Positions 36,968 to 47,043 of a stretch of 55,743 nt of DNA are shown here, piece by piece; position 1 is the first letter of the stretch, and each line of letters begins with the position of its first letter. Source of the stretch: Candidatus Hermodarchaeota archaeon (GTDB lineage: Archaea; Asgardarchaeota; Hermodarchaeia; Hermodarchaeales; Hermodarchaeaceae); NCBI GenBank assembly GCA_016840065.1, contig JAEOTB010000095.1:1-55743 (forward strand), written 5' to 3'. The notes under the pieces were generated by a model. The model was not told the DNA's origin, ran no database searches, and saw nothing but the letters and a program-made list of their open reading frames with translations. A program made the translations under genes and the position numbers.

Positions 36968-37960
36968 TTAAATCACTCCTTCTAATTGCTGTCGAATTTC
37001 ATGCAACTTTTCAACTGGAAGGGAAGTAGGATAATTATAGATTTCACTGGGCCTTTCAGTGAAGAATGGTCGATTACATCCACTACACCCTGCTGTTTGG
37101 AATGCCTTCCCAGTGTCAACGATAGCCGACAATTCCTCTCTAGTGATGCCATAGGACGATATTATTTGAGTCTGTTTATCGAATTTAAAATCCTCTACTC
37201 TAGCAATATGATGTTTCAAGATGAAATGTGCTAATTGAATCCGGCGATAGGCTTGAATAGAGGGTTTCGTCCGGTGTGCAAGGGGAGTACCAGCTATTGG
37301 TGTGAACGGGAAGAGCCCGATTTCTATTCCCCGATTAGTCATTTCTTGAATTAGGTTAACAGTTTCCTTCTCTGTTTCGCCAAGCCCCATGATGAGATGC
37401 GTAGTTGTTTTACCCCTTCCAAAAACAACGAGGGTGTCCTCAAGGGCTTGAATATGAGTTTCCCAACGAAATGGTCCTTTTGTACCCCATCCTTTTATTG
37501 CTTGGAAAATTACAGGTGATACAGCATCTAGAGAGATGGCGACGCGCTCGAGCCCTAACTCTTTAAGTTTGTATAGAAAGGTTTGAGGAAGGGGAGGCAG
37601 TGCAGCGGAAAGGGGTAGGGAAGGCACGGTTTCGTGAATTGTATCTATCAGGTGGACAAGATCCTCCTTCAACCGAGGATAGATTAGGGTTTGGAAACAC
37701 AATCGCTGAAAGGGAGAATCACTACCAAGCAAGGAAAGCTTTGTAAGTACTTTAGAGAGTGAATATTCTGGCCATGTCACACGAGAGAGACGATTCGCAG
37801 ATGTTTGACTTTCGCGCGCTTGAGCACAAAAGGCACAATTCGCGGCACAGCGAACTGGAGTGTACATCATTGTATACGCGGTTGTTGGAATAGCGTCGAC
37901 CTTGCATTGAATTAATCCTAGAGCAGCTGCTGTTCCAATAGAGAGCCGTATCTTCTTCAG
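36968..37960 (-). CDS. lipS2: Radical SAM lipoyl synthase component LipS2-like; probable CTG start
   Basis: CAANCAFCAQ, LSRVTWP, TAGCSGCNRP; conserved-looking IRLSIGTAAALGL lies upstream of the first ATG. Confidence 0.8.
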   Translation of the reverse strand: MKKIRLSIGTAAALGLIQCKVDAIPTTAYTMMYTPVRCAANCAFCAQARESQTSANRLSRVTWPEYSLSKVLTKLSLLGSDSPFQRLCFQTLIYPRLKEDLVHLIDTIHETVPSLPLSAALPPLPQTFLYKLKELGLERVAISLDAVSPVIFQAIKGWGTKGPFRWETHIQALEDTLVVFGRGKTTTHLIMGLGETEKETVNLIQEMTNRGIEIGLFPFTPIAGTPLAHRTKPSIQAYRRIQLAHFILKHHIARVEDFKFDKQTQIISSYGITREELSAIVDTGKAFQTAGCSGCNRPFFTERPSEIYNYPTSLPVEKLHEIRQQLEGVI

Positions 37961-37993
37961 TAGTATTCCACCTAGATTGTCAACCTATTAGTT

Positions 37994-39214
37994 TTAATTT
38001 GAACCTTTTGCCCTTCCCAAGCCACAGATGCGCTGCCAAAGAAGAAACGGTAAAGCCTGTAAAACTGTATCCCGGTAAGGACGGAAGCCTACAATCAAGT
38101 CTGCTGCCAATTTTAGAAACCTATAATCCAAGCTCATTCCGGTACCGATGTTTTCCGTTTGAGAGCCCCTGAAGAATAGATTCCTGAGGCGTACCCCCCA
38201 TTTCAAATCATTACCAATTTCGCACTGCCAAAGCCGTTCATATCTACGAAGTCTTCTCGCTGAGACATCACTTCGCGTCAAACAATCAGCACTAACCTGA
38301 CCCGCAATGCGCCCCGCCGCAATGGAATAATGGAGGCCTTCGCCTGTTATTGCACTGCAATGACCAGCAGCGTCACCAACTAGGAGTACTGCTTCACCGT
38401 AGGAGTCATTCTGAAAAGTTAGAGGTACAAGAGCCCGTTCGATTTTGCTCACTCGACCTCCTTCTAGTTGGGCACTGGCAATAGGATGGCCTTGTATGAA
38501 ATAGTTCAAATAAGAGTCAAGACTGCTAGTTGTTGCCGAGAGTAGGGACCCAATACCTACGTACAAACAATCGTGTTTTGGAAAAATCCACGCGTAGCCA
38601 AAGGGGCAAACATCACTTCCGTAGTAGAATTCCATACGTCCCCCGAAACGTTCTGTAATAGTCGCGGGAGATAATTCTACCCTAGCTTGTATTGTGATTC
38701 CTAGTTGATTTCGAGTAAATCGACGCCGTAACCCAGTTAATCGCGCTACTGTTGACGATACTCCATCGGCACCGATGAGCAGGGGAGATTGAAACTTGTA
38801 GGGGGCATTTTTGACAGTTATATTCCAACTGCCTTTATCCCGTATACATTCTGTAACCTTGTGATTTAGAAAGACTTCAACACCACTCTTTCTAGCGCGC
38901 TTACAAAGATGGGTTCCTAAAGCTTCCCTCGTTAGTTGAACACCTACAGGGTTCCCGTAATCCACTTGGCGAAGAGGTTGGTTGGGTATACTAATTGAGA
39001 TACCCGAAGTGACGCGTTCGACCAGTGAAAGAGGAATCTTGCCATCCACCATTCCCTTGGCTGTTAGATAACCGCCGCAGGGCTTCTCCTTCCCCGGTAT
39101 TTGGTCTCTCTCGAGAACCGCGACGTGTACATCCCGTTGTGCTAATTCTTCAGCCGCAAGTAGCCCAGCAGGTCCTGCTCCGACTACAACTACATCGAAA
39201 TTTTTTACCTTCAT
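37994..39214 (-). CDS. GGR-family FAD oxidoreductase (LipT-like by context)
   Basis: VVGAGPAG, KPCGG, YAWIFPK, VGDAAG, GEG. Confidence 0.85.
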   Translation of the reverse strand: MKVKNFDVVVVGAGPAGLLAAEELAQRDVHVAVLERDQIPGKEKPCGGYLTAKGMVDGKIPLSLVERVTSGISISIPNQPLRQVDYGNPVGVQLTREALGTHLCKRARKSGVEVFLNHKVTECIRDKGSWNITVKNAPYKFQSPLLIGADGVSSTVARLTGLRRRFTRNQLGITIQARVELSPATITERFGGRMEFYYGSDVCPFGYAWIFPKHDCLYVGIGSLLSATTSSLDSYLNYFIQGHPIASAQLEGGRVSKIERALVPLTFQNDSYGEAVLLVGDAAGHCSAITGEGLHYSIAAGRIAGQVSADCLTRSDVSARRLRRYERLWQCEIGNDLKWGVRLRNLFFRGSQTENIGTGMSLDYRFLKLAADLIVGFRPYRDTVLQALPFLLWQRICGLGRAKGSN

Positions 39215-39287
39215 CTATTATCGTCCTATTTCGACTTTGCCTAAAACTCTTGTAGATGTTATGTTAATGGAGAGTGTTGGTGCTGAT

Positions 39288-39836
39288 ATGCGAATCTCAG
39301 GTTCGGAAGAAGAAACAAAATCAGTAATTGAAGTTGCTCGACTAATGCTTCTTGCAGCTCGCACCGCGCCGAAAGGAAAGGGCGCTGATGACATTGAGAC
39401 TATGATTCTCACGGGAAAGGACAAGGATGCAGTAGCCCATGAGATGCGGAAAATTACTGGAAAAACTGACGACCATTGGTTTCGAGATGCTAAGAATGTA
39501 GACCAATCACCTGTATTAGTGCTCATCGGGCTAAAGGGCCCAAGAATCCTCGGCACAAATTGCGGGGCTTGTGGCTTCGGATCGTGTTCAAAACTTCAAG
39601 AAGCAGGTCCGAAGGAAGGTAAGTTCTTCACAGGACCTACCTGTATTATCAAAGCTCTCGACTTGGGCATTGCTCTAGGTAGTGCTGTCAAGACAGCACA
39701 GATTCATAACGTTGATAATCGGATCTTTTTTAGAGCAGGTGCAGCCTCGCATCGACTTAAACTCCTACCTGAATGCAGCATAATAATGGGCATTCCGCTT
39801 TCGGCGACTGGTAAAAGTGCCTTCTTCGACCGCTAA
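39288..39836 (+). CDS. DUF2148 ferredoxin-like domain protein
   Basis: ARTAPKGKG, NCGACGFGSC, DLGIALGSA, VDNRI. Confidence 0.88.
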   Translation: MRISGSEEETKSVIEVARLMLLAARTAPKGKGADDIETMILTGKDKDAVAHEMRKITGKTDDHWFRDAKNVDQSPVLVLIGLKGPRILGTNCGACGFGSCSKLQEAGPKEGKFFTGPTCIIKALDLGIALGSAVKTAQIHNVDNRIFFRAGAASHRLKLLPECSIIMGIPLSATGKSAFFDR

Positions 39837-39857
39837 ATAATCATACTTTAGAAATAG

Positions 39858-39980
39858 TGGTAGCCCGGCGCGGATTCGAACCGCGGTCCCAAGGTAACTC
39901 CACAGTACCAATGATACTGTTCCAGAGCCTCGGATGATTGACCAATTTGCCCTCTAACGAGAGGCCTACACTACCGGGCT
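39858..39980 (-). tRNA. tRNA-Gln(CUG) with encoded CCA and two introns (39945-39965 at 15/16; 39896-39921 at 37/38)
   Basis: Acceptor AGCCCGG/CCGGGCU, T-arm CGCGG-UUCGAAU-CCGCG, anticodon stem CGAGG/CCUUG; 123-21-26 = 76 nt mature. Confidence 0.95.
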
Positions 39981-40049
39981 TCCTAGTTGATTTCTCAATG
40001 TGGGTTATTTATAGGCTTTTTGGCTCACTCCAATTTAGTGGAGCCTTTC

Positions 40050-40259
40050 CTATGGTGATTCAACAGGGGCAGGGTCAGTTGTGCTTGGTGAGATACGGCT
40101 GATTAAGAGACCTGAGTCGAGATATACTGTAAAAGTGTGATCGCCGTGAATTACTTCAAATGGCACAGGAAACTGAGCTGCGTCTTTCACGACATCTTTA
40201 GTGACTTTGAATGCGACACGTTCGCCGCAAACTGGACATTTTAATGCTTTCAGGGGCAA
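40050..40259 (-). CDS. Small zinc-binding protein
   Basis: CPVC...HGDH; GGAGGT SD, TTG start. Confidence 0.7.
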   Translation of the reverse strand: MPLKALKCPVCGERVAFKVTKDVVKDAAQFPVPFEVIHGDHTFTVYLDSGLLISRISPSTTDPAPVESP

Positions 40260-40283
40260 TTACAGGAAACCTCCATTGAATTT

Positions 40284-41174
40284 TCAGAGTATCTCATTAA
40301 TAGCATCTTTTATTACAGGAGCCACGGAGACCAAACCGATTGGTGAACTTACTGTATCGGTGCCTACCACATATCGGGCACCAGCCTGAAGGATGCGGAT
40401 AAGCGCATTTTTAACCAGCAAGGGGTGTGCACAACCTACGTAAATATCCCTGGCGCCATGCTGTTTTAAGACTTCGATTGCCTTAATGATAGTGTTGCCA
40501 GTAGATATTATATCGTCGACAATTAAAACATCACGTTCCTTGACATCCAGTTTACGTGGACGGACTTCCACAGTCTCTGCATCAAACCGCTTCTTTTCAA
40601 GAGCATCATAATCAGCATTTATAGTATCAGCTGCGATTTTTGCCCAAGCCTCAGCCTCTGCATCAGGACCAATAACAGCTGGATTGTGTAGGTCAAAAGT
40701 ACTCGTCACATGCTTTGCCAACACTCCCATAGCACTAACATCAATAAGCGGAATTTTCGTGAGTTTGGCGACATCAATGACACGGTGACGGTGGGAGTCA
40801 ATGGTGAAGATATGATCTGCTCCAGCCACTTCAATTAATCGGGCAATCGTCTGGAGGCTTATTGCTTCACCCGGCTTGAATCGCTCGTCTTGGCGAGCAT
40901 AAGCAAAATATGGGGTGACAACAATCACCTTGCGCGCCTTTAGGTCCTTTAGCGCATCAAGCATTAGGAAGAGTTCAATGAGATACTGGTTCGGTTTGTG
41001 TCCCATAGACTGGACTACGACTAAGTCCTTTCCTGAGACATCATCAAGGAACCGCACATAGAGTTCCCCATCTGGGAACATTTTAACCTCAGTGTCTAGG
41101 TATTCAGCATTTAGTGCCTGAGCTGTTCTCCAGGCAAGTGTTTTTGATGAGCTGCCGCTTGTTACTATTACCAT
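40284..41174 (-). CDS. prs: Ribose-phosphate pyrophosphokinase
   Basis: FPDGE, PYFAYARQD, VDDIISTGNT. Confidence 0.97.
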   Translation of the reverse strand: MVIVTSGSSSKTLAWRTAQALNAEYLDTEVKMFPDGELYVRFLDDVSGKDLVVVQSMGHKPNQYLIELFLMLDALKDLKARKVIVVTPYFAYARQDERFKPGEAISLQTIARLIEVAGADHIFTIDSHRHRVIDVAKLTKIPLIDVSAMGVLAKHVTSTFDLHNPAVIGPDAEAEAWAKIAADTINADYDALEKKRFDAETVEVRPRKLDVKERDVLIVDDIISTGNTIIKAIEVLKQHGARDIYVGCAHPLLVKNALIRILQAGARYVVGTDTVSSPIGLVSVAPVIKDAINEIL

Positions 41175-41257
41175 TGTTTTATCCCTCGCGGGTTTCCACT
41201 AAAAAGTACCGAACACAAATAAGGTTACTGTCTGTGAAGTATAATTGCTAAGATTCA

Positions 41258-42094
41258 TTATTTTACTGATAGCATTCCTTCAAAGAAGTTAAGAAGAGCA
41301 CGAAATGCCTTACCAGAAAGCCTAGGACCATAAATCAGGATAGAACCCCTAGCATCAAGACGGCACGCATAAGACCGCCCCGTTTCCCTGATAAGAGGAG
41401 TGATGAAATTAATAGAGCGGATTTGGTCCGCACCCTCCTGAATAGTCCTGTAATGAGGTTGTGTGTGCAATTCTCGGGCCTTCAGACTTACAGATTCCAG
41501 CTGGCTTTGGCCAATCTTGACATCACTAAATACTGAACGAACTAATTCTCCAGCCCCACCTTTCCCTGGTTTCGTGATGAAATCAATGATTGCACGCATT
41601 TGATTAGAGTCTAGCTCATAAGGGCTTAGCCTACCAGGATATCCTAAAACTGCTGTTGAAAGCAACCACGTTGCTGCACCAATTGCTCGGCGGGGAAGAT
41701 CTTGTATGAAACAGAAACCTGTTTCAGGCCGCCAGAAAATCTCAGAAGACATATTGAAACTAATAGTTCTGTAATGCCTTTCACGAGCAAGGGATTGGGG
41801 AACTCGCATTTGACCTTCATAGGAAAGAACCAACTCCACAATTTCCTTTGAAGCCTTCTGACAACGAAGTTCTGCCTTTGGAATCAGCTGACTAAGCCGT
41901 CGTGTGCTCATTCGACCACGAGTCGTCCTGCTAGATGCTTCTCTGCCCTCTGCAGAAGCATCATCAACACCAACCAAATCTTCCAAGGAATACCGTAGAG
42001 AAGATAGTGTTCTTGTGACCGAGAGAATAGCCCGGGATTGAGTAACATGAACCGTTTGCATACCTAATCTCACTCCCTTGATTTGAGTACTCAC
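41258..42094 (-). CDS. Hypothetical basic protein
   Basis: 278-aa ORF with AGGT SD; no recognised motif. Confidence 0.7.
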   Translation of the reverse strand: MSTQIKGVRLGMQTVHVTQSRAILSVTRTLSSLRYSLEDLVGVDDASAEGREASSRTTRGRMSTRRLSQLIPKAELRCQKASKEIVELVLSYEGQMRVPQSLARERHYRTISFNMSSEIFWRPETGFCFIQDLPRRAIGAATWLLSTAVLGYPGRLSPYELDSNQMRAIIDFITKPGKGGAGELVRSVFSDVKIGQSQLESVSLKARELHTQPHYRTIQEGADQIRSINFITPLIRETGRSYACRLDARGSILIYGPRLSGKAFRALLNFFEGMLSVK

Positions 42095-42233
42095 ACCTTT
42101 TCGTTCTCATTCTATTTATTTCTGAGCTTATACCTCGTTTGAAGCGTCTCTGTGCCATTACCATTGCAAAATGGAAACTCTGATAAGGTGTTGAGAAGGA
42201 CCTTCAACAAAGTCAAGTCCTAGAGGCTAAGAA

Positions 42234-42989
42234 ATGCCACAACCAAAACGAAAAGGTAAGAGAATCATAATAACGCCCGATGAAGGGGAGCATCACCACG
42301 ATCATCATGGACACCACCATCACCATGATCAGCCCTCATCGTCAACTACTGTTGATATCGAGTTAAAGGAGAGCTTTCTAGAATATAATCGAAGACTGGC
42401 TCAAGAGAATCGTGCCTTCTTTGATGAGCGTGGTATCCGAGCCTTCAACATTCTTGGAAGTGTTGGTTCTGGAAAAACATCTCTTATTGAGGCTATTGTT
42501 GAGCGCCTTAAAGATCGACGTGAAGAAATCTTAGTAATCGCTGGGGATGTAACTACTACAATTGATGCCGACCGCATTGGAAAGCACGAAGTGCAAACGA
42601 TTCAGGTAAATACTGGAGTTGAGTGCCATCTAGATGCCAAATTGATTCGAAAAGCCCTCCAGTCCGTTGATCTTGACGGAATAAGAATCCTAATTATTGA
42701 AAACGTTGGCAACCTCATTTGCCCTGCTGATTTTCCTTTAGGTAGTCATCTGAGAATTGTAGTAGTCAGCGTAACTGAAGGACCTTGGATGATTCAGAAG
42801 CACCCTATCATGTTTCGCGATGCAGAGTTGCTTGTGATAAACAAGATTGACTTGGCTGAAGTAATGGATGTTGATATTGACCAGTTAGAGCGAGATGCAA
42901 AACAAATCAACTCTTCACTCAAGGTTATACGCACCAGTGTCCGGAAAGGACTTGGTATAGATGATGTAATCCAGCAACTCGGATTATAG
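42234..42989 (+). CDS. hypB: Hydrogenase nickel-incorporation GTPase
   Basis: His-rich N-terminus, GSGKT, CHLDA, ENVGNLICP, NKIDL. Confidence 0.95.
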   Translation: MPQPKRKGKRIIITPDEGEHHHDHHGHHHHHDQPSSSTTVDIELKESFLEYNRRLAQENRAFFDERGIRAFNILGSVGSGKTSLIEAIVERLKDRREEILVIAGDVTTTIDADRIGKHEVQTIQVNTGVECHLDAKLIRKALQSVDLDGIRILIIENVGNLICPADFPLGSHLRIVVVSVTEGPWMIQKHPIMFRDAELLVINKIDLAEVMDVDIDQLERDAKQINSSLKVIRTSVRKGLGIDDVIQQLGL

Positions 42990-43004
42990 CGAGCCGAATA
43001 GGTT

Positions 43005-43400
43005 TCAACCAAAACCAAGAAGCTTTTCAAATTTCTCTGCGGTTCGCTTAAGTTCAAGTAACAAAGGACCCAGGCGCGCCTCCTCCTTCGTAATGAAGAC
43101 AACTACAGCTAATGGGCCACTGTAACGAAGTAATATGAAACCACGCTCAGCCTTCACATAAAGTGAGTCAAGCCTGCCTTTCTTCAGATTTTCAATGGCA
43201 TTTGCCCCAATCGCCAACATTGATGAGGCGAGAGCAGCTAGCTCTCCTTCACCAATTTTTGCATCAATAGAGCTGGCCATGGGTAGCCCATCTGTTGAGA
43301 TGATTGCAACTCCCTGAAGCCCTGGTACATTGATTTGGGCCTCTCTAAGCACTTCCATGATTGCCTTCATCGGGTCATCCGACGGACCAGGCTCAGCCAT
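43005..43400 (-). CDS. Roadblock/LC7 domain protein
   Basis: GVAIISTDGLPMAS...LAALASSML...ARLG. Confidence 0.92.
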   Translation of the reverse strand: MAEPGPSDDPMKAIMEVLREAQINVPGLQGVAIISTDGLPMASSIDAKIGEGELAALASSMLAIGANAIENLKKGRLDSLYVKAERGFILLRYSGPLAVVVFITKEEARLGPLLLELKRTAEKFEKLLGFG

Positions 43401-43448
43401 AAGGCATTATTAGTTAATAATAGGCTAAAAACATGTTCCACGTTTTGC

Positions 43449-44216
43449 TCAATTTATCCATCCCAAGCCCACAAACGCCTTACGAACTCGCTCATTTACA
43501 GGAAGGGCTACCATTATGCCTGCGATTACTTGGACTAGGTTCACTGGTACCTCGATAATCGCAGCCATCCCAAGTACAAACCTTTGAAAGAGAAAATAAC
43601 CCGTTATCATAAGGCAGCCACCTAGAAGCATTGCTGTTGCACTCCAAGCTGATTCAGGGTCGTATCGCAAAGTCAGTACAATTGTAACTATCCCGATATA
43701 GGCTCCCATGATAAACCAGAGCAAAGGTGGAACATAGAGTGTGGCGAACCACCAGATTTGTAATGCTGAACCACCTGAAGCCTCAACCAATCCGCTGAGA
43801 AGGAACCAACCAATTATTCCTAGAGATAAAGCTAGTACAGACCCTATGCACACACCTAGGTAGCGAAGTTGTTTTGGCGAAAAATTCTGTCGTAATCTAT
43901 TGCCTAAATACCCAACAACGAATCCCTCAAGGCCTTTGATAAAGAATGTGGCAAGTGCGTAGTGAGGATAGCCTAGAAAGATATCTGCTAACATGGAACC
44001 GATTCCAGCTGCACTAAAACCAATAATTGGACCAAAGAGAATAGCAGTGATGTATATTGCTATTTCTCCTAGATTGAAATAACCCGTGGTGGCAGGCACG
44101 TAAATCTGGAACATCATTGTCGCAATACAGCAAAGCGCTCCCATCACTGCACCCAAGGAGATCAGGAGCACCATCGGCATTTGGGGGAAGAGAATACTAT
44201 CACTCTTAAGACCCAT
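43449..44216 (-). CDS. ECF transporter S component
   Basis: PATTGYFNLGE, GIGSMLAD, TFFIKGLEG, NLVQ. Confidence 0.88.
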   Translation of the reverse strand: MGLKSDSILFPQMPMVLLISLGAVMGALCCIATMMFQIYVPATTGYFNLGEIAIYITAILFGPIIGFSAAGIGSMLADIFLGYPHYALATFFIKGLEGFVVGYLGNRLRQNFSPKQLRYLGVCIGSVLALSLGIIGWFLLSGLVEASGGSALQIWWFATLYVPPLLWFIMGAYIGIVTIVLTLRYDPESAWSATAMLLGGCLMITGYFLFQRFVLGMAAIIEVPVNLVQVIAGIMVALPVNERVRKAFVGLGWIN

Positions 44217-44445
44217 ATACTCACTTCCTTCTCCCCTCTTTTTTCCTAGTCCTTTAGTGTATCTAGCAGTTCAACATCTGAAGATGGAGGCTCTTCTGAC
44301 TGCTGCGAGAACCCTGCCAACCAAGACTTCGTAAAACAGCAAACATCTTAATAAATTTAAATAATATATGTTTCTTGTGCGAAATATTTATTTCGAGAAA
44401 TTCTTTCCGCCCTGCTTAGACAAGAGACTTCAGAGGCTCATTTAA

Positions 44446-45363
44446 TTGAAAAGAAGCAGAGCATTCTCCCCAGGTCATATTACTGGTTTCTTCCAAATCT
44501 TTGACGATTCAGAGAATCCTCTAGAGAAAGGCTCTCGTGGAGCAGGGGTTTCTGTTGAAAGAGGAGTCACTACAAACGTGGAGATAACACGGGCTAAAAA
44601 AACCTCAATAAGAATACAAATCAACGGACACCCAACCACCTCTGCAATAGTTTCAGAGAAGGTGGTAGCCGATTTTCTTGAATTGGTCAGTGACAGGCCA
44701 TATTTGATTAATATTGAACACGAAATCAATCTTCCAATCGGATGTGGATTTGGAATCAGTGGAGCTGGAGCACTAAGTCTAGCCTTGGCACTCAATGAAG
44801 GGTTCGAATTAGGACTTTCGCGGTTAAAAGCGGCTCAGATAGCTCACATCGCTGAAGTGAAATGTAAAACAGGGCTAGGTTCAGTAATTGCAGAATTCCA
44901 TGGAGGAATTGAAATTCGGATAAAATCAGGCGGCCCCGGAGTAGGGGAAATCCAAACAATTCCATCCGATGATGAAAGTTATGTTTTCAGCTTACCCTTT
45001 GGACCGTTATCAACGGCAAGATTCTTGACCAATGAAGATGACCGCCACCGAATTAACGAATTGGGCGGAGAATTAACTGACTCCTTAATTTGTCAACCAA
45101 GCCTATCTAATCTCCTGAATTTTTCCCGTCAGTTTGCGGAGCATATACAGCTCATAACAGCTAGAGTAAGAAGAATGATACAAGATGCAGAGGATGCGGG
45201 GATTATTTGTAGTACTGCTATCTTTGGCGAGAATGTGTTTTCGATAGTCCACAAGGACCAAATTCCAACAGCTGAAGATATATTCAGACATCACTTACCA
45301 GAGGGACACGAATTAATGGTTATGAAAATAGATGAACAAGGAGCTCGTGTAATCAATGGATGA
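44446..45363 (+). CDS. Pantoate kinase (GHMP family)
   Basis: AFSPGHITGFF, GSRGAG, PIGCGFGISGA, AHIAEV..KTGLG. Confidence 0.93.
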   Translation: MKRSRAFSPGHITGFFQIFDDSENPLEKGSRGAGVSVERGVTTNVEITRAKKTSIRIQINGHPTTSAIVSEKVVADFLELVSDRPYLINIEHEINLPIGCGFGISGAGALSLALALNEGFELGLSRLKAAQIAHIAEVKCKTGLGSVIAEFHGGIEIRIKSGGPGVGEIQTIPSDDESYVFSLPFGPLSTARFLTNEDDRHRINELGGELTDSLICQPSLSNLLNFSRQFAEHIQLITARVRRMIQDAEDAGIICSTAIFGENVFSIVHKDQIPTAEDIFRHHLPEGHELMVMKIDEQGARVING

Positions 45364-46153
45364 AGAAGTTTCACCAGATCACCCAAGGGCAACATCACTA
45401 CGAATCCGTGCGAAACTCGCTCACGGCTTCAAAATCGGAATAACCTCTACGTTTGGCCTGTTCGCCCATGGTAGAGGCGAAGCCTTTGATTATCTGATTG
45501 GAGAGGAAACAACAGATAATGCGGAAAGAGCGATTAGAGCAGCTGCAGCAAGCCTCCTATTAGCCCGCCATCCAGTTCTTTCTGTAAATGGTAATGTTGC
45601 AGCCTTAGTACCCCTAGAACTAGTTGAATTAGCTGCAGCCGCTGAAGTGAAACTTGAAGTGAATCTTTATCATCGAGGGGGTGGTCGTGAAGAAGCTATA
45701 GCAAGTGTGCTTAGAAAATCAGGCGCTAAGGAGATTTTAGGGATAGGAGAATCAGCATCTGCAACTATACCTGAAATTTGTAGTGATCGTCGCCGCGTTG
45801 ACCCTAAAGGGATATTGATTGCAGACACGGTCTTTGTACCTCTCGAAGATGGTGATAGAACGGAGGCCCTTGTCAAGCTTGGGAAAACTGTAATTACCGT
45901 CGATTTAAATCCCCTTTCACGGACAGCTCAAATGTCAACCATAACTATTGTCGACAATGTTGTCCGAGCAATGCCTCTACTCGTAGAAACAGTGAAACAA
46001 CTTAAAGATGAATCAAAAACCGCCTTAAAAGAAATTGTGAAGGTATTCAGTAATGAACAGAATCTGAGCGAGGCTATAGGAATAATAAACACACGTTTGA
46101 CACGACTCGCTAGACAGAAAAGAACCAGTAACAGTGGAGAGGATGAAGGATAG
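45356..46153 (+). CDS. Phosphopantothenate synthetase (4-phosphopantoate--beta-alanine ligase)
   Basis: HPRATSL, AHGRGEAFDYLIGE, PLEDGDR, DLNPLSRT. Confidence 0.95.
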   Translation: MDEEVSPDHPRATSLRIRAKLAHGFKIGITSTFGLFAHGRGEAFDYLIGEETTDNAERAIRAAAASLLLARHPVLSVNGNVAALVPLELVELAAAAEVKLEVNLYHRGGGREEAIASVLRKSGAKEILGIGESASATIPEICSDRRRVDPKGILIADTVFVPLEDGDRTEALVKLGKTVITVDLNPLSRTAQMSTITIVDNVVRAMPLLVETVKQLKDESKTALKEIVKVFSNEQNLSEAIGIINTRLTRLARQKRTSNSGEDEG

Positions 46154-47043
46154 CATTTCAGCAAATAGTTATACTTGGGGCAGGCGCAATAGGATCCACC
46201 TATGGTGCTCTCCTATCTCAATCTAATGATGTGTTACTCGTTGGGCGCCAAGCGCATATTGAGGCTATCAATACAAGTGGTCTAGTAGTCGAAGGAGACT
46301 ATGAAGGAATCTACTCTCCAGCTGCAATAACTAGTCTAGAGACAATACTCCCAGAGACCCTTCTCATCATTGCAACTAAAGCCTACGATTTAGCAGCAGC
46401 CCTTACATCTATCCAGTCATTACTGCAAGATGACACAACGATTCTACTTCTACAAAACGGGTTGGGTATCGAGGGAATCGCCAAAGGAATCGTGAAGAAC
46501 CAGTGCCGGATTGTGCGAGGGTTAGTGACTTTGGCTTCAGAGATGCTTTCTCCAGGACGCGTCAAGGCTTGGCGTGGTGAAACTATCCTCGGCTCTGATG
46601 AATTATCTGAATCAGTATCTCACCTATTGGAAAAGAGTGGAATCAAAACCAAAACCTCTAACACACTTAGTCAAGAGATTTGGAGGAAGTGTATAATAAA
46701 CAGCATAATAAATCCTCTTACAGCCATCTTGCAAGTTCAAAATAACAAGATTAGCACTCCAGAGCTGGCTTGGATTCGCTATACAATTGGGAGAGAGAGC
46801 ATAGCGGTTGGTAATGCAGAGGGAATTGACTTCAAGGCAGATTTGATAGAACACATTGAAGAGATAATCCCAAAATATACGAATTATTCGTCAATGTGCC
46901 AAGACATACAGAAAGGAAGACCAACCGAAATCGAGTTCATCAATGGCAGAATAGTGGAGTTGGGCGAACAGCACGGCATTCCAACACCCATCAATAAATG
47001 CCTCACTCAACTTGTTCGTTTCCTGGAGGTTCGAAATTCTTGA
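46150..47043 (+). CDS. panE: Ketopantoate reductase; probable ATA start
   Basis: IVILGAGAIG upstream of GTG 46231; ATKAYD, LQNG, SSMCQD, TEIEFING. Confidence 0.92.
   Translation: MAFQQIVILGAGAIGSTYGALLSQSNDVLLVGRQAHIEAINTSGLVVEGDYEGIYSPAAITSLETILPETLLIIATKAYDLAAALTSIQSLLQDDTTILLLQNGLGIEGIAKGIVKNQCRIVRGLVTLASEMLSPGRVKAWRGETILGSDELSESVSHLLEKSGIKTKTSNTLSQEIWRKCIINSIINPLTAILQVQNNKISTPELAWIRYTIGRESIAVGNAEGIDFKADLIEHIEEIIPKYTNYSSMCQDIQKGRPTEIEFINGRIVELGEQHGIPTPINKCLTQLVRFLEVRNS

Noticed and set aside
41934-41962. Strong hairpin inside the 41258-42094 ORF resembling a BHB intron
   Set aside because: The 5' bulge is only 2 nt, and the predicted 35-nt excision would break an intact frame.
46143-46170. 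16-nt excision giving MKIVILGAG for panE
   Set aside because: No BHB, and it would delete the upstream gene's stop; an ATA start is simpler.
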